64,000 nt of DNA, taken from an uncultured Clostridium sp. GTDB lineage: Bacteria > Bacillota > Clostridia > TANB77 > CAG-508. The stretch spans positions 3,168 through 67,167 of the forward strand of contig URYN01000009.1 of assembly GCA_900552135.1 (NCBI GenBank), written 5' to 3'. Positions 8,755 to 18,482 of the stretch are shown piece after piece; positions within the stretch are counted from its first letter, which is position 1; the number at the start of each line of letters is the position of its first letter. Both the position numbers and the translations under genes were made by a program. The notes beneath the pieces are model-generated. The model did no database searches. It was given only the letters and a program-made list of their open reading frames with translations, and was not told where the DNA came from.

Positions 8755-11421
8755 TTAGCTTATCCACTGTTTTATTGATTGTATTATGCACATTACATAT
8801 ACTTTTAAATAGAATCCCACTGTTATTACAATATAAATTCCGAATCCCATATTTACTATTATCTTGTCTAGCAGTCCGTCTTTTTTTATAAATCTTTTTA
8901 TTCCGAATGTGTATATCAATATTATTACAAGTGTAGCTATAGATAGTTCTATTCCTAACTTCATCTTTGCTGGTATGAATGTAAGTTCTATTTCATTTGT
9001 TCCTTCCTTCAACTCAAGGCTCATGTATGTATTGAATGTTCTGTTTACATTTGTTGTTTCACCATTATTTGTGCCTGTCCAGCCTGCGTCATAAGTAATT
9101 GGTAAGAATAGTTTTTGTCCTGCTTTTGCATTTTCTATTTTAATACTTATTTTGTTTCCTTCTATTTTTATATCTTTGGTACACTCTTCTTTGTAGTCTG
9201 CAAATGCGTTCTCATATTTTTCTAATGATAATGTAGCAAATTTCAAGTTACATTTTCCTTTGTAGCTTCTTGCCTCTATCTCTACTTCTTCATTTTCAAA
9301 TTTTCCTAAGTTTATAAGTCCATTGCTATATCTGTATGGGTATATTGTGTTTTCATAATCGTTAATCCAAGGAACTTTTACTGTTTCTCCATTGACTTTT
9401 ATGCTATATAGTGAAGTATCTTCTTCACTTCCATACACATATAAATATGATTTTTCATTTACATTTACTTTGTACTTGAAGGTTTCGACTTTTTCATCTT
9501 TACTGATTGATTCTCTTTCCGAATCTACTTTTTCTATTATGTCTTCTGTTTTATTGAATAGTTGTTTGTATACATAGTTTTGTGTTGCATAAACATCATC
9601 TGCCTGTGGTATAGTGCTTATGTCATTATTGTTTTCATATATAATTCCATAAGGAAGTACGTTTTTATATTCATATAGATTAATATTTTCTTTAGATGTT
9701 CCATCATATTTGAATATTTCGCCGTCTAGTTCACTATTCGAGAATACATATTTTACGCCTAAAATCGCATCAAAAATTGGTGTTCCTCCTGCATCTCCAA
9801 GTTTTGTGTAGTTTCTGGTGTATCCTAAACTTGAATGTGTTTCTACTTGTTCTTTGCTTATTACATGTAAGAAAGTAGACATAGATGGAGCATCTAATAC
9901 CAATGGATAGTTTTCTGTCAAATTTTGATCTGGATCTCTATATCTGTAAAGTTCTGTTTCATTTGTCTTGAATTTTTCTAACAAATTGTCTGCTACTAAA
10001 ATTGAACTATCTGAGTGTTCTGCTCCTCCTCTTGCACTTTCCGGTACTCCAATATAAGCTAATCCATGAAGTATAATTTCAGCAATCACAACAAATGCTA
10101 TTAGTCCATTTCTCAATTTTATTTTTTCTATTTTCAAAAGTTCTCTTATGATGTACGCAAATAAAATAGTTTGAATACAAATTGATAAAAAGTTATTTGT
10201 TTTAATCCTGAATGCAGGTTGGCCTTGGTTTATTTCTGTTATTGTTGTTGGTGTTAAAATTATAATTGGTATAAGTGCTAAGATTATAAAAATAACATCT
10301 GCTATTTCAAATTTTTTATCATTTTTGTAATATTTTGTAATGTAGTACATTGCACAATTCATCATAACAAATATTGGTATAAAGCCATATCTGAATGGAA
10401 AGCTGTTGTGTGAACCTGTATGCCATAACATATTTATTCTTTCAAATAATATGGGCAAGACGCCACATATCAATAGACTTAATAACAGCATTTTTACTGT
10501 ATTGTCTTTTTTGAAATATTTTACTAAGCTTACAGTTCCTAATAAACTTAGTGATGATAACATTAAGAATGTTAGTTTCATTCCTGCTTCGTAATTTCTT
10601 ACTATTGTAGCCTTTTGTCCGGCCATTCTGTATGAACTCATTGTTTGTGAAAATGCTGGTAAGAAAGAGAACATCGATAAAAATAGTGATAAAATTACTG
10701 CAATTACAATTTTTCCTGCAACTCTTTTTCTATCTTCTTTCTTTGCATAGAAGAATACTGCAAATGGCAGGCAAGATAATATAAAGAATAGAATCATATA
10801 TGATATGTAGTAGCTAATTATCAAGCTTAATGTTAGTATTACAATAAATAATCCAGATTTGTTTTGAGTAAGAAGTCTGTGCACTCCTAAGCAGAATATT
10901 GGGAATATTGCAACAACGTCAAGCCACATTATGTTTGTATAGCTGATTAAAACATAAGCAGATAATGAGTACATTACGCTAAATAAAACTTTCCAAAACT
11001 CTAAGCTCGAGCCTTCGTTCTCACTTTTCTTGTATATTTTGTCAAAGAATATGTATGTTGATAGAGCTATAAATGCTATTCTTATTAATAATAAATACGA
11101 GAATGCATATATTATATTTTCTCTCTTGAATAATGCAATTAGCCATGCAAATGGACTTGCAAATCCATCAAGTAATACTCCTCCAAATACATTTGAACCA
11201 CTACCTAAAGTGTATGAATAGAATAGAGATTTTCCACCTCTTAATATGTCCCATAATAGATGATAAAAAGTCTCGTAAGATTGTCCCATATCCGCATGTG
11301 CGACAGTCATTCCTCCAAAAGGATAAATTCCTTTAATTGCATATAAAATTAGCGTTATGGCTATTGCAATCGCTGGTGAAATTAAAAATTTACCGTATTT
11401 TTTTACTTTTTCCATAATCAC
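8755..11421 (-). CDS. YfhO-family polytopic membrane protein (putative lipid-linked glycan glycosyltransferase)
   Basis: 888 aa. Multi-TM N-terminal two thirds plus a large extracytoplasmic C-terminal domain. N-terminus resembles YfhO (GIYPFGG...ADMGQSYETFY). Confidence 0.55.
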   Translation of the reverse strand: MIMEKVKKYGKFLISPAIAIAITLILYAIKGIYPFGGMTVAHADMGQSYETFYHLLWDILRGGKSLFYSYTLGSGSNVFGGVLLDGFASPFAWLIALFKRENIIYAFSYLLLIRIAFIALSTYIFFDKIYKKSENEGSSLEFWKVLFSVMYSLSAYVLISYTNIMWLDVVAIFPIFCLGVHRLLTQNKSGLFIVILTLSLIISYYISYMILFFILSCLPFAVFFYAKKEDRKRVAGKIVIAVILSLFLSMFSFLPAFSQTMSSYRMAGQKATIVRNYEAGMKLTFLMLSSLSLLGTVSLVKYFKKDNTVKMLLLSLLICGVLPILFERINMLWHTGSHNSFPFRYGFIPIFVMMNCAMYYITKYYKNDKKFEIADVIFIILALIPIIILTPTTITEINQGQPAFRIKTNNFLSICIQTILFAYIIRELLKIEKIKLRNGLIAFVVIAEIILHGLAYIGVPESARGGAEHSDSSILVADNLLEKFKTNETELYRYRDPDQNLTENYPLVLDAPSMSTFLHVISKEQVETHSSLGYTRNYTKLGDAGGTPIFDAILGVKYVFSNSELDGEIFKYDGTSKENINLYEYKNVLPYGIIYENNNDISTIPQADDVYATQNYVYKQLFNKTEDIIEKVDSERESISKDEKVETFKYKVNVNEKSYLYVYGSEEDTSLYSIKVNGETVKVPWINDYENTIYPYRYSNGLINLGKFENEEVEIEARSYKGKCNLKFATLSLEKYENAFADYKEECTKDIKIEGNKISIKIENAKAGQKLFLPITYDAGWTGTNNGETTNVNRTFNTYMSLELKEGTNEIELTFIPAKMKLGIELSIATLVIILIYTFGIKRFIKKDGLLDKIIVNMGFGIYIVITVGFYLKVYVMCIIQSIKQWIS

Positions 11422-11455
11422 ATCTCCTTTTTTCTATGCCTATTTAGAAATAAAT

Positions 11456-11484
11456 CGCCCAATAGGGACGTCCCTTTTTGGGCG
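11456..11484. repeat. GC-rich imperfect palindrome repeat, copy 1 (CGCCCAATAGGGACGTCCCTTTTTGGGCG)
   Basis: Read directly from sequence. Centre GACGTC. Arms CGCCCAATAGGGAC / GTCCCTTTTTGGGCG. Confidence 0.8.
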
Positions 11485-11522
11485 ATTTATTAATTTCTTT
11501 ATATATATGAAAAATATATCTT

Positions 11523-11551
11523 CGCCCAAAAAAGGACATCCCTATTGGGCG
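11523..11551. repeat. Palindrome repeat copy 2 (opposite orientation; ggacAtccc variant), part of a ~70 bp tandem duplication with copy 1
   Basis: cgcccaaaaaaggacatccctattgggcg. Flanking ~40 bp (ttattaatttctttatatatatgaaa...atctt) is also duplicated. Confidence 0.75.
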
Positions 11552-11643
11552 AAAATATTAATTTTTTTACATATATGAAATAATGTATCTTTACTCAATA
11601 AATTATCCTAATTCAGCAAAGTTTCCTTTATTTCTTATTTTTA

Positions 11644-12800
11644 TTACCAAGCTTTTTCATATAAGTCTATGAAGTCTTGTTTTGTTACTTCTCTTGGATT
11701 TCCTGGTTTACAAGGGTCAACCATTGCTTTATCTGCAAGCATTGCGAAATCTTTCTTCTTTGCTCCAACATCTTTTACTGTTTGAGTTATTCCAACAGCT
11801 TCTGATAAGTCTCTTACTTTTTCGCATAATGTCTTTACAGCTTCTTCATCTGTGAATTTCATTGCATTTATTCCCATTCCCTGTGTTAAAATTTCTTTAT
11901 ATAGGTCTGCACAAACAGCTCCATTAAATTCTAGTACAGTTGGAAGTAATATTGCATTTGCTAAACCGTGAGGTGTATCATAAACAGCTCCTAATTGATG
12001 TGCCATTGAGTGAACTATTCCAAGTCCAACATTTGAGAATCCCATTCCAGCTATATATTGACCTAATCCAACATCATCTATTGCTTTTTGATCTTTATCA
12101 TTTACAGCAGCTGCTAAATTTTTGTAAATTAGTTGAATTGCTTTCATAGAGAACATTTGAGACATTGTGTTGTGTGCCTTTGTTATATATCCTTCTATTG
12201 CATGTGTTAATGCGTCCATTCCAGTTGCAGCAGCTAATTTTTTTGGCATAGAAGCCATAAGTTCTGTATCAACTATTGCTAAAACTGGTATATCATGTGG
12301 GTCAACACAAACCATTTTTACTTTTCTTTCTTCATCTGTTATAACATAGTTTATTGTAACTTCTGCTGCAGTTCCTGCTGTTGTTGGCATTGCAATCATT
12401 GGAAGTCCTTTTTTCTTTGTGTTTGATAGTCCGTTTAGAGAAACAACATCATCTCTATCAGGATTTTCCATTAGTATAGATATAGCTTTTGCTGTATCCA
12501 TGCTTGATCCTCCACCTACTGCAAGAATAACATCTGGTCTAAACCATCTGCTCTTCTTATAACCTGTTAATACGTTTTCTATTGAAGGATTTGGTTTTAC
12601 TTCATCATATAATTCGTATTTAACTCTTCCTTCTTCAAGAATATTCATAACTTTGTCTGTAACTCCTGCATCAACAAGAGATTTGTCAGATACTAAAAAT
12701 ACTCTTTTGTATCCTCTGTCTTTTAGTTCATCTAATAAAACTTCTCTAGCTCCAAAGCCAAAATATGAAGTTTCGTTTAATATAAATCTTGTATTTGCCA
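11644..12800 (-). CDS. fucO: Iron-containing alcohol dehydrogenase, lactaldehyde reductase/1,2-propanediol oxidoreductase (FucO) type
   Basis: Near full-length colinearity with E. coli FucO (MANTRFILNETSYFGFGA..., GGGSSMDTAKAI, PTTAGTAAEVTINYVITDEE, HAIEGYITK, GFSNVGLGIVHSMAH, GNPREVT...LYEKAW). Start at MANTRF with RBS AAGGAGAAAAA. The ORF-track extension to 12825 overlaps the palindrome. Confidence 0.8.
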
Positions 12801-12818
12801 TAATTTTTCTCCTTTTTT

Positions 12819-12846
12819 CGCCCAATATGGACGTCCCTTTTGGGCG
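12819..12846. repeat. Palindrome repeat copy 3 (cgcccaatatggacgtcccttttgggcg) between the ALDH stop and the fucO start
   Basis: Read directly. Lies inside an operon, between two co-directional genes. Confidence 0.75.
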
Positions 12847-12857
12847 AATTTAAATTT

Positions 12858-14489
12858 TTATAATATATTTTTTAAGACTATTGTCTTTACTCTGCTCATT
12901 TCTTGTAATGTGCTTGATACTCCCTCGTTGCCTATTCCACTGTGTTTCCAGCCTCCGAATGGCATTTCAAAACTTCTGAAGAAACTTGCACCATTTACTA
13001 TTGCTCCACCACATTCTAGCTTATTGGCAATTTTTAATCCTCTTGAGTAATCTTTTGTGATTACACATCCGCAAAGTCCATAAGATGATTGATTTGCAAT
13101 TTCTATTGCTTCTTCTTCGGTGTCGAATCCTATTACTGGGATTACAGGTCCGAATATTTCCATGTCTTTTGCAACGTCCATATCCTTTGTTACATTATCT
13201 AGTATTGTTGGATAATAGAATGCATCTTCTCTTTTTCCTCCGCAAACTAATGTTGCACCTTGTTCAATTGTTTTGTTTACTTGTTCTTCTATTCTTTGTG
13301 CAGCATGAATATTTATCATTGGTCCCATTTGAGTATCTTCTTTACTTGGGTCTCCGACTCTTAATTTTGATATTACATCTTTCATTCTGTCTATGAATTC
13401 TTGTTTTCTTGAATTATGAATTAAGAATCTCTTGCTTGCACAGCAAACTTGACCTCCATTGTACAATCTTCCCCAGATTGTTTCTTTTATTGCTAAGTTC
13501 ATGTCTCCATCTTCTAACATTATGAAAGCATCATTTCCGCCTAGCTCTAGCATTACATGTGTTAAGTTTTGAGAAGCTGTTCCCATTGTTTGAATTCCTG
13601 CCCCAGTGCTTCCTGTTAAAGAAACTAAAGACACTCCTTTATGTCTTGCTAATGCTTGACCAACAATAGGTCCATCTCCTGTAACTACTTGAATTACACC
13701 TGCTGGAACACCTGCTTCTACCATTAATTTAACATATTCTATTAATGTTAATGGATTGTAATTTGATGGCTTTATAATTATCGAGTTTCCCATCATCAAT
13801 GCAGGTGGTACTTTTTGGCAAAATAAATCACTTGGGAAGTTAAATGGTATTATTGCAACTATAACTCCAAGAGGTGCTCTAGTTGTAATTTGCATTGTTT
13901 TCTCGTTTCCTAATTCAGATGAACCAACTAAGCTTTCTCCATATAAGTGTTTTGCTTTTTCAACAAACCCACGTACACCAATTCTTACATTTGCAATTTC
14001 CCCTCTCGCCTCTGTTATTGGCTTTCCTGTTTCAGCAGATAATAAACCTGCTAAACGCTCTTTGTTTTCATCTACTAAATCTACGAACTTATAAAGGATT
14101 TCACCTCTATCATAAATTGAAACTTTTTCCCATTCTTTTTGCATATCTTTTGCAACTGTAACAGCTTCATCAACATCCTCCAAGCTAATGTTTGGAACCT
14201 TGTCTATTAACTCGCCTGTTGCAGGATTTACAACTTCTATCTTAGCACCATTAGAGCTTTCTTTCCAATCTCTTCCTATTAAAACTTTCACACAATCGCC
14301 TTCCTTCTTTTTTAAATTAGATTCTACAATCCTTTTACCTTCTTGAATCACATTTCCGGTGACCTTAATCACGCTATCTAAAACTTTTTCAAATTTTAGA
14401 TTTAATTTACTTTGATCAGAGCCTTTTTCAGCCTCGTAATCTTCTTGCTGGCAAGGCTCCTCTAACTCTGCCTTCCCAGAGTTTGGCAT
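12858..14489 (-). CDS. NAD(P)+-dependent aldehyde dehydrogenase with ~65-aa N-terminal extension
   Basis: ELGGNDAF, GQVCCASKRF (catalytic Cys), FGGWKHSGIG motifs. The ALDH core starts near KVLIGRDWKES. An alternative GTG start at 14293 with RBS AAGGAAGG would give a canonical ~478 aa protein. Confidence 0.8.
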   Translation of the reverse strand: MPNSGKAELEEPCQQEDYEAEKGSDQSKLNLKFEKVLDSVIKVTGNVIQEGKRIVESNLKKKEGDCVKVLIGRDWKESSNGAKIEVVNPATGELIDKVPNISLEDVDEAVTVAKDMQKEWEKVSIYDRGEILYKFVDLVDENKERLAGLLSAETGKPITEARGEIANVRIGVRGFVEKAKHLYGESLVGSSELGNEKTMQITTRAPLGVIVAIIPFNFPSDLFCQKVPPALMMGNSIIIKPSNYNPLTLIEYVKLMVEAGVPAGVIQVVTGDGPIVGQALARHKGVSLVSLTGSTGAGIQTMGTASQNLTHVMLELGGNDAFIMLEDGDMNLAIKETIWGRLYNGGQVCCASKRFLIHNSRKQEFIDRMKDVISKLRVGDPSKEDTQMGPMINIHAAQRIEEQVNKTIEQGATLVCGGKREDAFYYPTILDNVTKDMDVAKDMEIFGPVIPVIGFDTEEEAIEIANQSSYGLCGCVITKDYSRGLKIANKLECGGAIVNGASFFRSFEMPFGGWKHSGIGNEGVSSTLQEMSRVKTIVLKNIL

Positions 14490-15662
14490 TCATTTATTCT
14501 TGCCAAATCCAGTGAATGAAAGCATTAATCCACCACAAGTATTTTCTCCGTGATCTTCTGTTCCATATTCACCAAATGTAAATACAGTTAAGAATGGAAC
14601 ACCTTTTGCTTCCTTCTTTAATTGTTTTGCAACTTCATCAATTCTGTCGCCTATTCCTAATTTTCTTCCACCACAGTGAACTAGTAAATAAGCTCCTGCT
14701 TCACATGGAAGGCTTGTTCTTACAGTTTTTAAAGTTTTTCCTGTTGAATCTATTAACTCATCAACACTTGCTTGCATTTGAATTACTGCAGTGTTTATTG
14801 CTAAGTTATTTCCAATATTCATTGATAAATCTTCGTTTCCAACCATTGGGTGACGAATTGCTATTAATGAACCCAATCTATCTTTTACTCCTAAAGGCTC
14901 TGTTATAGTAGATGAAAGTAAATTCATTCCCATTAAATCTTTTACTTTTTTGCCTGTCCATTTTGCATAAACATTCATGGCAGGTTTTCCATCTATTTCA
15001 ACTAATTGTCTTTTTCCATTTAATTTTGTTATGATTCCAGAATTTACAGTTTCATGATAAGCTCCTGTATATTTGTTTATCATTGGTTTATTTGTGTAGA
15101 AGAATGCCACAGCAACACCATCTGAGAAGCATTTATCGTTTGTGAAGATTTTCCAATCTCCTGCAACTGCATCATCAGCAGCACTTCCACCAAAGAAAGG
15201 AACACAGCCTATTACATCTTCTATACCCTTTACATATTCTTCTTCCTCAGCTGGAGAAGCAACCATGTAGAAGTATGCGGGTGCTCTGTCTGTTCCAACT
15301 TTTGCCATTGCCTCTTTTGCAACTTTTCTTCCTGTTTCTCTTGGATTTTTTCCACGCTCTGAACCAGCAACACCAACTGCTGTTTCGTCATCACCTATTG
15401 CAAGCATTCCAGCAAATCCATCTTCTGATGAAATTACACCATCTGGTACAATTATTGCTCCTGAAGAAGTACATCCAATTATTGGAGCTGTTCCTAAAAC
15501 TGATTTTGCTCCTTCTAATAATTTGTTCTGATTGTATTTTACAGAACTAAATAAAAAGGCAACTTTAGTCTCCATAAGATTTACAACTGCCTTCTCAGCA
15601 CACGCTTTACCAGCTGTATAGCTGTCTTTATCTGTGCTATAACTTACATTTGATTTTAACAT
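14490..15662 (-). CDS. FIST (N+C) sensor-domain protein
   Basis: 390 aa. FLFSS...IIGCTSSGAII fits the FIST_N pattern. C-terminal FTFGEYG... fits FIST_C. Its stop TGA directly abuts the ATG of the ALDH gene. Confidence 0.5.
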   Translation of the reverse strand: MLKSNVSYSTDKDSYTAGKACAEKAVVNLMETKVAFLFSSVKYNQNKLLEGAKSVLGTAPIIGCTSSGAIIVPDGVISSEDGFAGMLAIGDDETAVGVAGSERGKNPRETGRKVAKEAMAKVGTDRAPAYFYMVASPAEEEEYVKGIEDVIGCVPFFGGSAADDAVAGDWKIFTNDKCFSDGVAVAFFYTNKPMINKYTGAYHETVNSGIITKLNGKRQLVEIDGKPAMNVYAKWTGKKVKDLMGMNLLSSTITEPLGVKDRLGSLIAIRHPMVGNEDLSMNIGNNLAINTAVIQMQASVDELIDSTGKTLKTVRTSLPCEAGAYLLVHCGGRKLGIGDRIDEVAKQLKKEAKGVPFLTVFTFGEYGTEDHGENTCGGLMLSFTGFGKNK

Positions 15663-15780
15663 AATTTATCCTCCTTAGTATATTTTGTGCGATTTTTCCT
15701 ATAGCATGTTTAGATTATATCAATAAGTAAAATTTTATTCAAGTATTTACAAAAATGTAATAAAAATGTAATAAACTGTT

Positions 15781-16470
15781 TTATATTACCATTATTACTG
15801 CATATATTAATATTCTTACTAGCATTTTTATAGCCAGTGTATAATTATATAATTTAATTCCTATTTTATTTATTGCTATGTACTCTTGTATTATTTTTTC
15901 TTTTTCATCAGCAGTTACTGCTTCTGCTTTTTCTATGTATTCTTTTGATAGATATTCTGCTCTTGTCATGGCATCTATCTCCAAAAAACTTCTTACTGCA
16001 TACAATACGAATTGCAAGAATACGAACATCCATAAACACATTTCTGATATTGCATAATTTATTATATTAAATAGGTTTAAAATTGCAATTATTAAAAAAT
16101 ATAAATTATTCAAATTTGCAAATATTACATTAAACTTCAATATTATTTTATTTTGCGTAGAGTGTATACATTCGTGTATTACAGTCTGTACCCTTGTTAT
16201 AGCATTTACTTTTCCAATCAGAATTTTATTTTTCATTACAAGGTACAAACTTGTTCTTGAACTATTGTCCTCTTCTATTTTTACTTCTTCATTTTTCAAG
16301 TTTTTTAATGTTTGCTTGCATATATCTGCATTGCTTGGAAATTTTTGTGCTATTGTGTTTAATTCTTCACTCTCTGCAACTTCTTTTAATTTTTTGAAAT
16401 ATCCAAGTTTTATATTTAATCCTATTGTTAGTAAAACCATTGCAACTATTACACTTAAAATAATTATCAT
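15781..16470 (-). CDS. Membrane protein with HExxH motif (putative zinc metallopeptidase)
   Basis: 229 aa. N-terminal TM. VIHECIHSTQN HExxH. Hydrophobic C-terminal segments. Confidence 0.4.
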   Translation of the reverse strand: MIIILSVIVAMVLLTIGLNIKLGYFKKLKEVAESEELNTIAQKFPSNADICKQTLKNLKNEEVKIEEDNSSRTSLYLVMKNKILIGKVNAITRVQTVIHECIHSTQNKIILKFNVIFANLNNLYFLIIAILNLFNIINYAISEMCLWMFVFLQFVLYAVRSFLEIDAMTRAEYLSKEYIEKAEAVTADEKEKIIQEYIAINKIGIKLYNYTLAIKMLVRILIYAVIMVI

Positions 16471-16579
16471 AAGGTTCCTCCTATTCTACAAAAAGAGCGT
16501 AATAAATACACCTCTAGATTATATTTATACGCTCTTATTTCATTCTTTATTTTAACAATTAACCCTTTTATAATACTTT

Positions 16580-16918
16580 TTATAGTACATCTCTTACTGC
16601 TTCAGCGATTATTTTATTTACATCTGTTAGCATAACATTGAATTGCATTTCTGCTTCAAAATACTCTTTTATTTTTTCATCTTGTATTAGCTCTGCATAT
16701 TTTTCTTGTAGCAATTTATTTTGTTCTTGCAATTCTGAATCATTATTGCCTTGCATTGCCTTTACTTGAATATTGTATCTTAAATGTTCAAATTCTTCAA
16801 TTTTTTCTTTCTTGCTTGCATCAGATTCTATATTACTTTTTAGTCTCTTATATCTTTCATACTCGCTTGATTCTTTTATTTCTTTTGCAAGTTTGTTTGC
16901 CATATCGTATACCTGCAT
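16580..16918 (-). CDS. YlbF/YmcA-family regulatory protein (UPF0342)
   Basis: 112 aa helical protein. MQVYDMANKLAKEIKESSEYERYK...EYFEAEMQFNVMLTDVNKII is typical of YlbF/YheA. Confidence 0.55.
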   Translation of the reverse strand: MQVYDMANKLAKEIKESSEYERYKRLKSNIESDASKKEKIEEFEHLRYNIQVKAMQGNNDSELQEQNKLLQEKYAELIQDEKIKEYFEAEMQFNVMLTDVNKIIAEAVRDVL

Positions 16919-16975
16919 ATAGAACCTCCTAATTGTACTATTATTTTTGCATTTATTTTTAGAATTATTCAGCCA

Positions 16976-18271
16976 TTAAGCATAAGCGTGTTTCTTCTTG
17001 AAACTTAATAGATTTGTAATTTCCTTTTGCGTATTCTCCGCTTTTTCTGCTTTTTTTGCTTTTTCTTGAAGCATTTGTCTTGCTTGGCGTTCTGCCATTG
17101 TTTGGCATACAGCTTTTTCATAAGTAAAGTGTGTATCTTGGGCAATCTTCTCCCAATTAAATTGTTCCTTAACTTTTTGTTTTGCTTTTTTTGCAACATT
17201 TGTTGCTAGTTGATGGTCATACAATAAAGCTGTAATTGAATCTGCTATTGAATTTGCATTTCCAGCATAAGCTTTCATTCCATCTACTCCATGAGTAACA
17301 ATTTCGTCAAGTCCTCCAACATCTGAAACCACTGTTGGAACTCCTGCAAGCATAGCCTCTAATGCTACTATTCCGAAAGGTTCATAAGTACTTGGGAATA
17401 CTGCAACATCAGCACATTTGTACATTTTTTGTACTTGATTTGAATCTAAATATCCGGTAAAGTATATCTTGTCGTTTAGTCCAAGATTACTTGCTTCCTG
17501 TCTTAATTCATCCATCATTCCACCACGACCAGCAATTATTAATTTTGCATCATGATAGTTTGATAATACCTTTGGCATTGCAGCAATTAAATGTTGAATA
17601 CCTTTTTCATATACGAGTCTGCCAACATAAAGAATAATTTTTTCATTATCCATTGCATATTGTCTTCTAAAGTCGTAATCTCTTTCAATTCCTATAAAGT
17701 TAGATAAATTGATTCCATTTGGAATAACATTTATTTTTTCATAAGGTAATCCAAATAATCTTTGTAATTCATTTTTCATGTAATTACTATTTACAATTAC
17801 CTCTGATGCCTCATAAGTAAGCATCCATTCTGTGTCATTTATGTATCTTTGAGTATCATCATGTATTCCGCTATTTCTTCCTGCTTCTGTAGCATGAATA
17901 GTTGCAACAACAGGTATTCCATAAGCATTTTTTAATGCTTTAGCTGCATTTGCAACAAGCCAATCATGTGCATGAATAACGTCAAATCCACCTTCTTTGT
18001 TTATGATTTCTGTAGCTTTTGATACTAGATTGAAATTTAATTGTAGTATCCAGTCAATAAAATTGTTTGGGTGAATCATATAGTTATCTACTCTATAAAC
18101 ATTTACCCCTTTGTCATTTTCGTATTCTGGTACATCTGCGCTATCTCTGTATGTTACAACTGTAACCTCGTGTCCGTCCTTTATAAGTCTCTTAGATAAG
18201 TCGTGTACAACTCTTGCTATTCCGCCAACAATCCTTGGTGGATATTCCCATGTTAGCATTAATATCTTCAT
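16976..18271 (-). CDS. Family 4 glycosyltransferase (alpha-glucan/glycogen-synthase-like) with Lys-rich C-terminal tail
   Basis: MKILMLTWEYPPRIVGGIARVVHDLSKRL plus an E-x7-E C-terminal Rossmann region. Start at MKILML with RBS GAAGGGAG. The ORF-track GTG start at 18289 is an extension. Confidence 0.7.
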   Translation of the reverse strand: MKILMLTWEYPPRIVGGIARVVHDLSKRLIKDGHEVTVVTYRDSADVPEYENDKGVNVYRVDNYMIHPNNFIDWILQLNFNLVSKATEIINKEGGFDVIHAHDWLVANAAKALKNAYGIPVVATIHATEAGRNSGIHDDTQRYINDTEWMLTYEASEVIVNSNYMKNELQRLFGLPYEKINVIPNGINLSNFIGIERDYDFRRQYAMDNEKIILYVGRLVYEKGIQHLIAAMPKVLSNYHDAKLIIAGRGGMMDELRQEASNLGLNDKIYFTGYLDSNQVQKMYKCADVAVFPSTYEPFGIVALEAMLAGVPTVVSDVGGLDEIVTHGVDGMKAYAGNANSIADSITALLYDHQLATNVAKKAKQKVKEQFNWEKIAQDTHFTYEKAVCQTMAERQARQMLQEKAKKAEKAENTQKEITNLLSFKKKHAYA

Positions 18272-18482
18272 TAGATAATCTCCCTTCACAAAGTTTTCTT
18301 TGGTTTTCTACTTCGTATATTTTTCACAGATACATTTTATACAAAAAAAATACAAATGTAAACATTTTTTGATAAAAAAATTTAAATTTTTTTAGTTTTA
18401 TTTTCCAATTTCTATTGAATTTATTTTTATTTTGATATAGGATATAATAAGATTTTATGTGAGTAAAACTAAGGAGGAAAAA

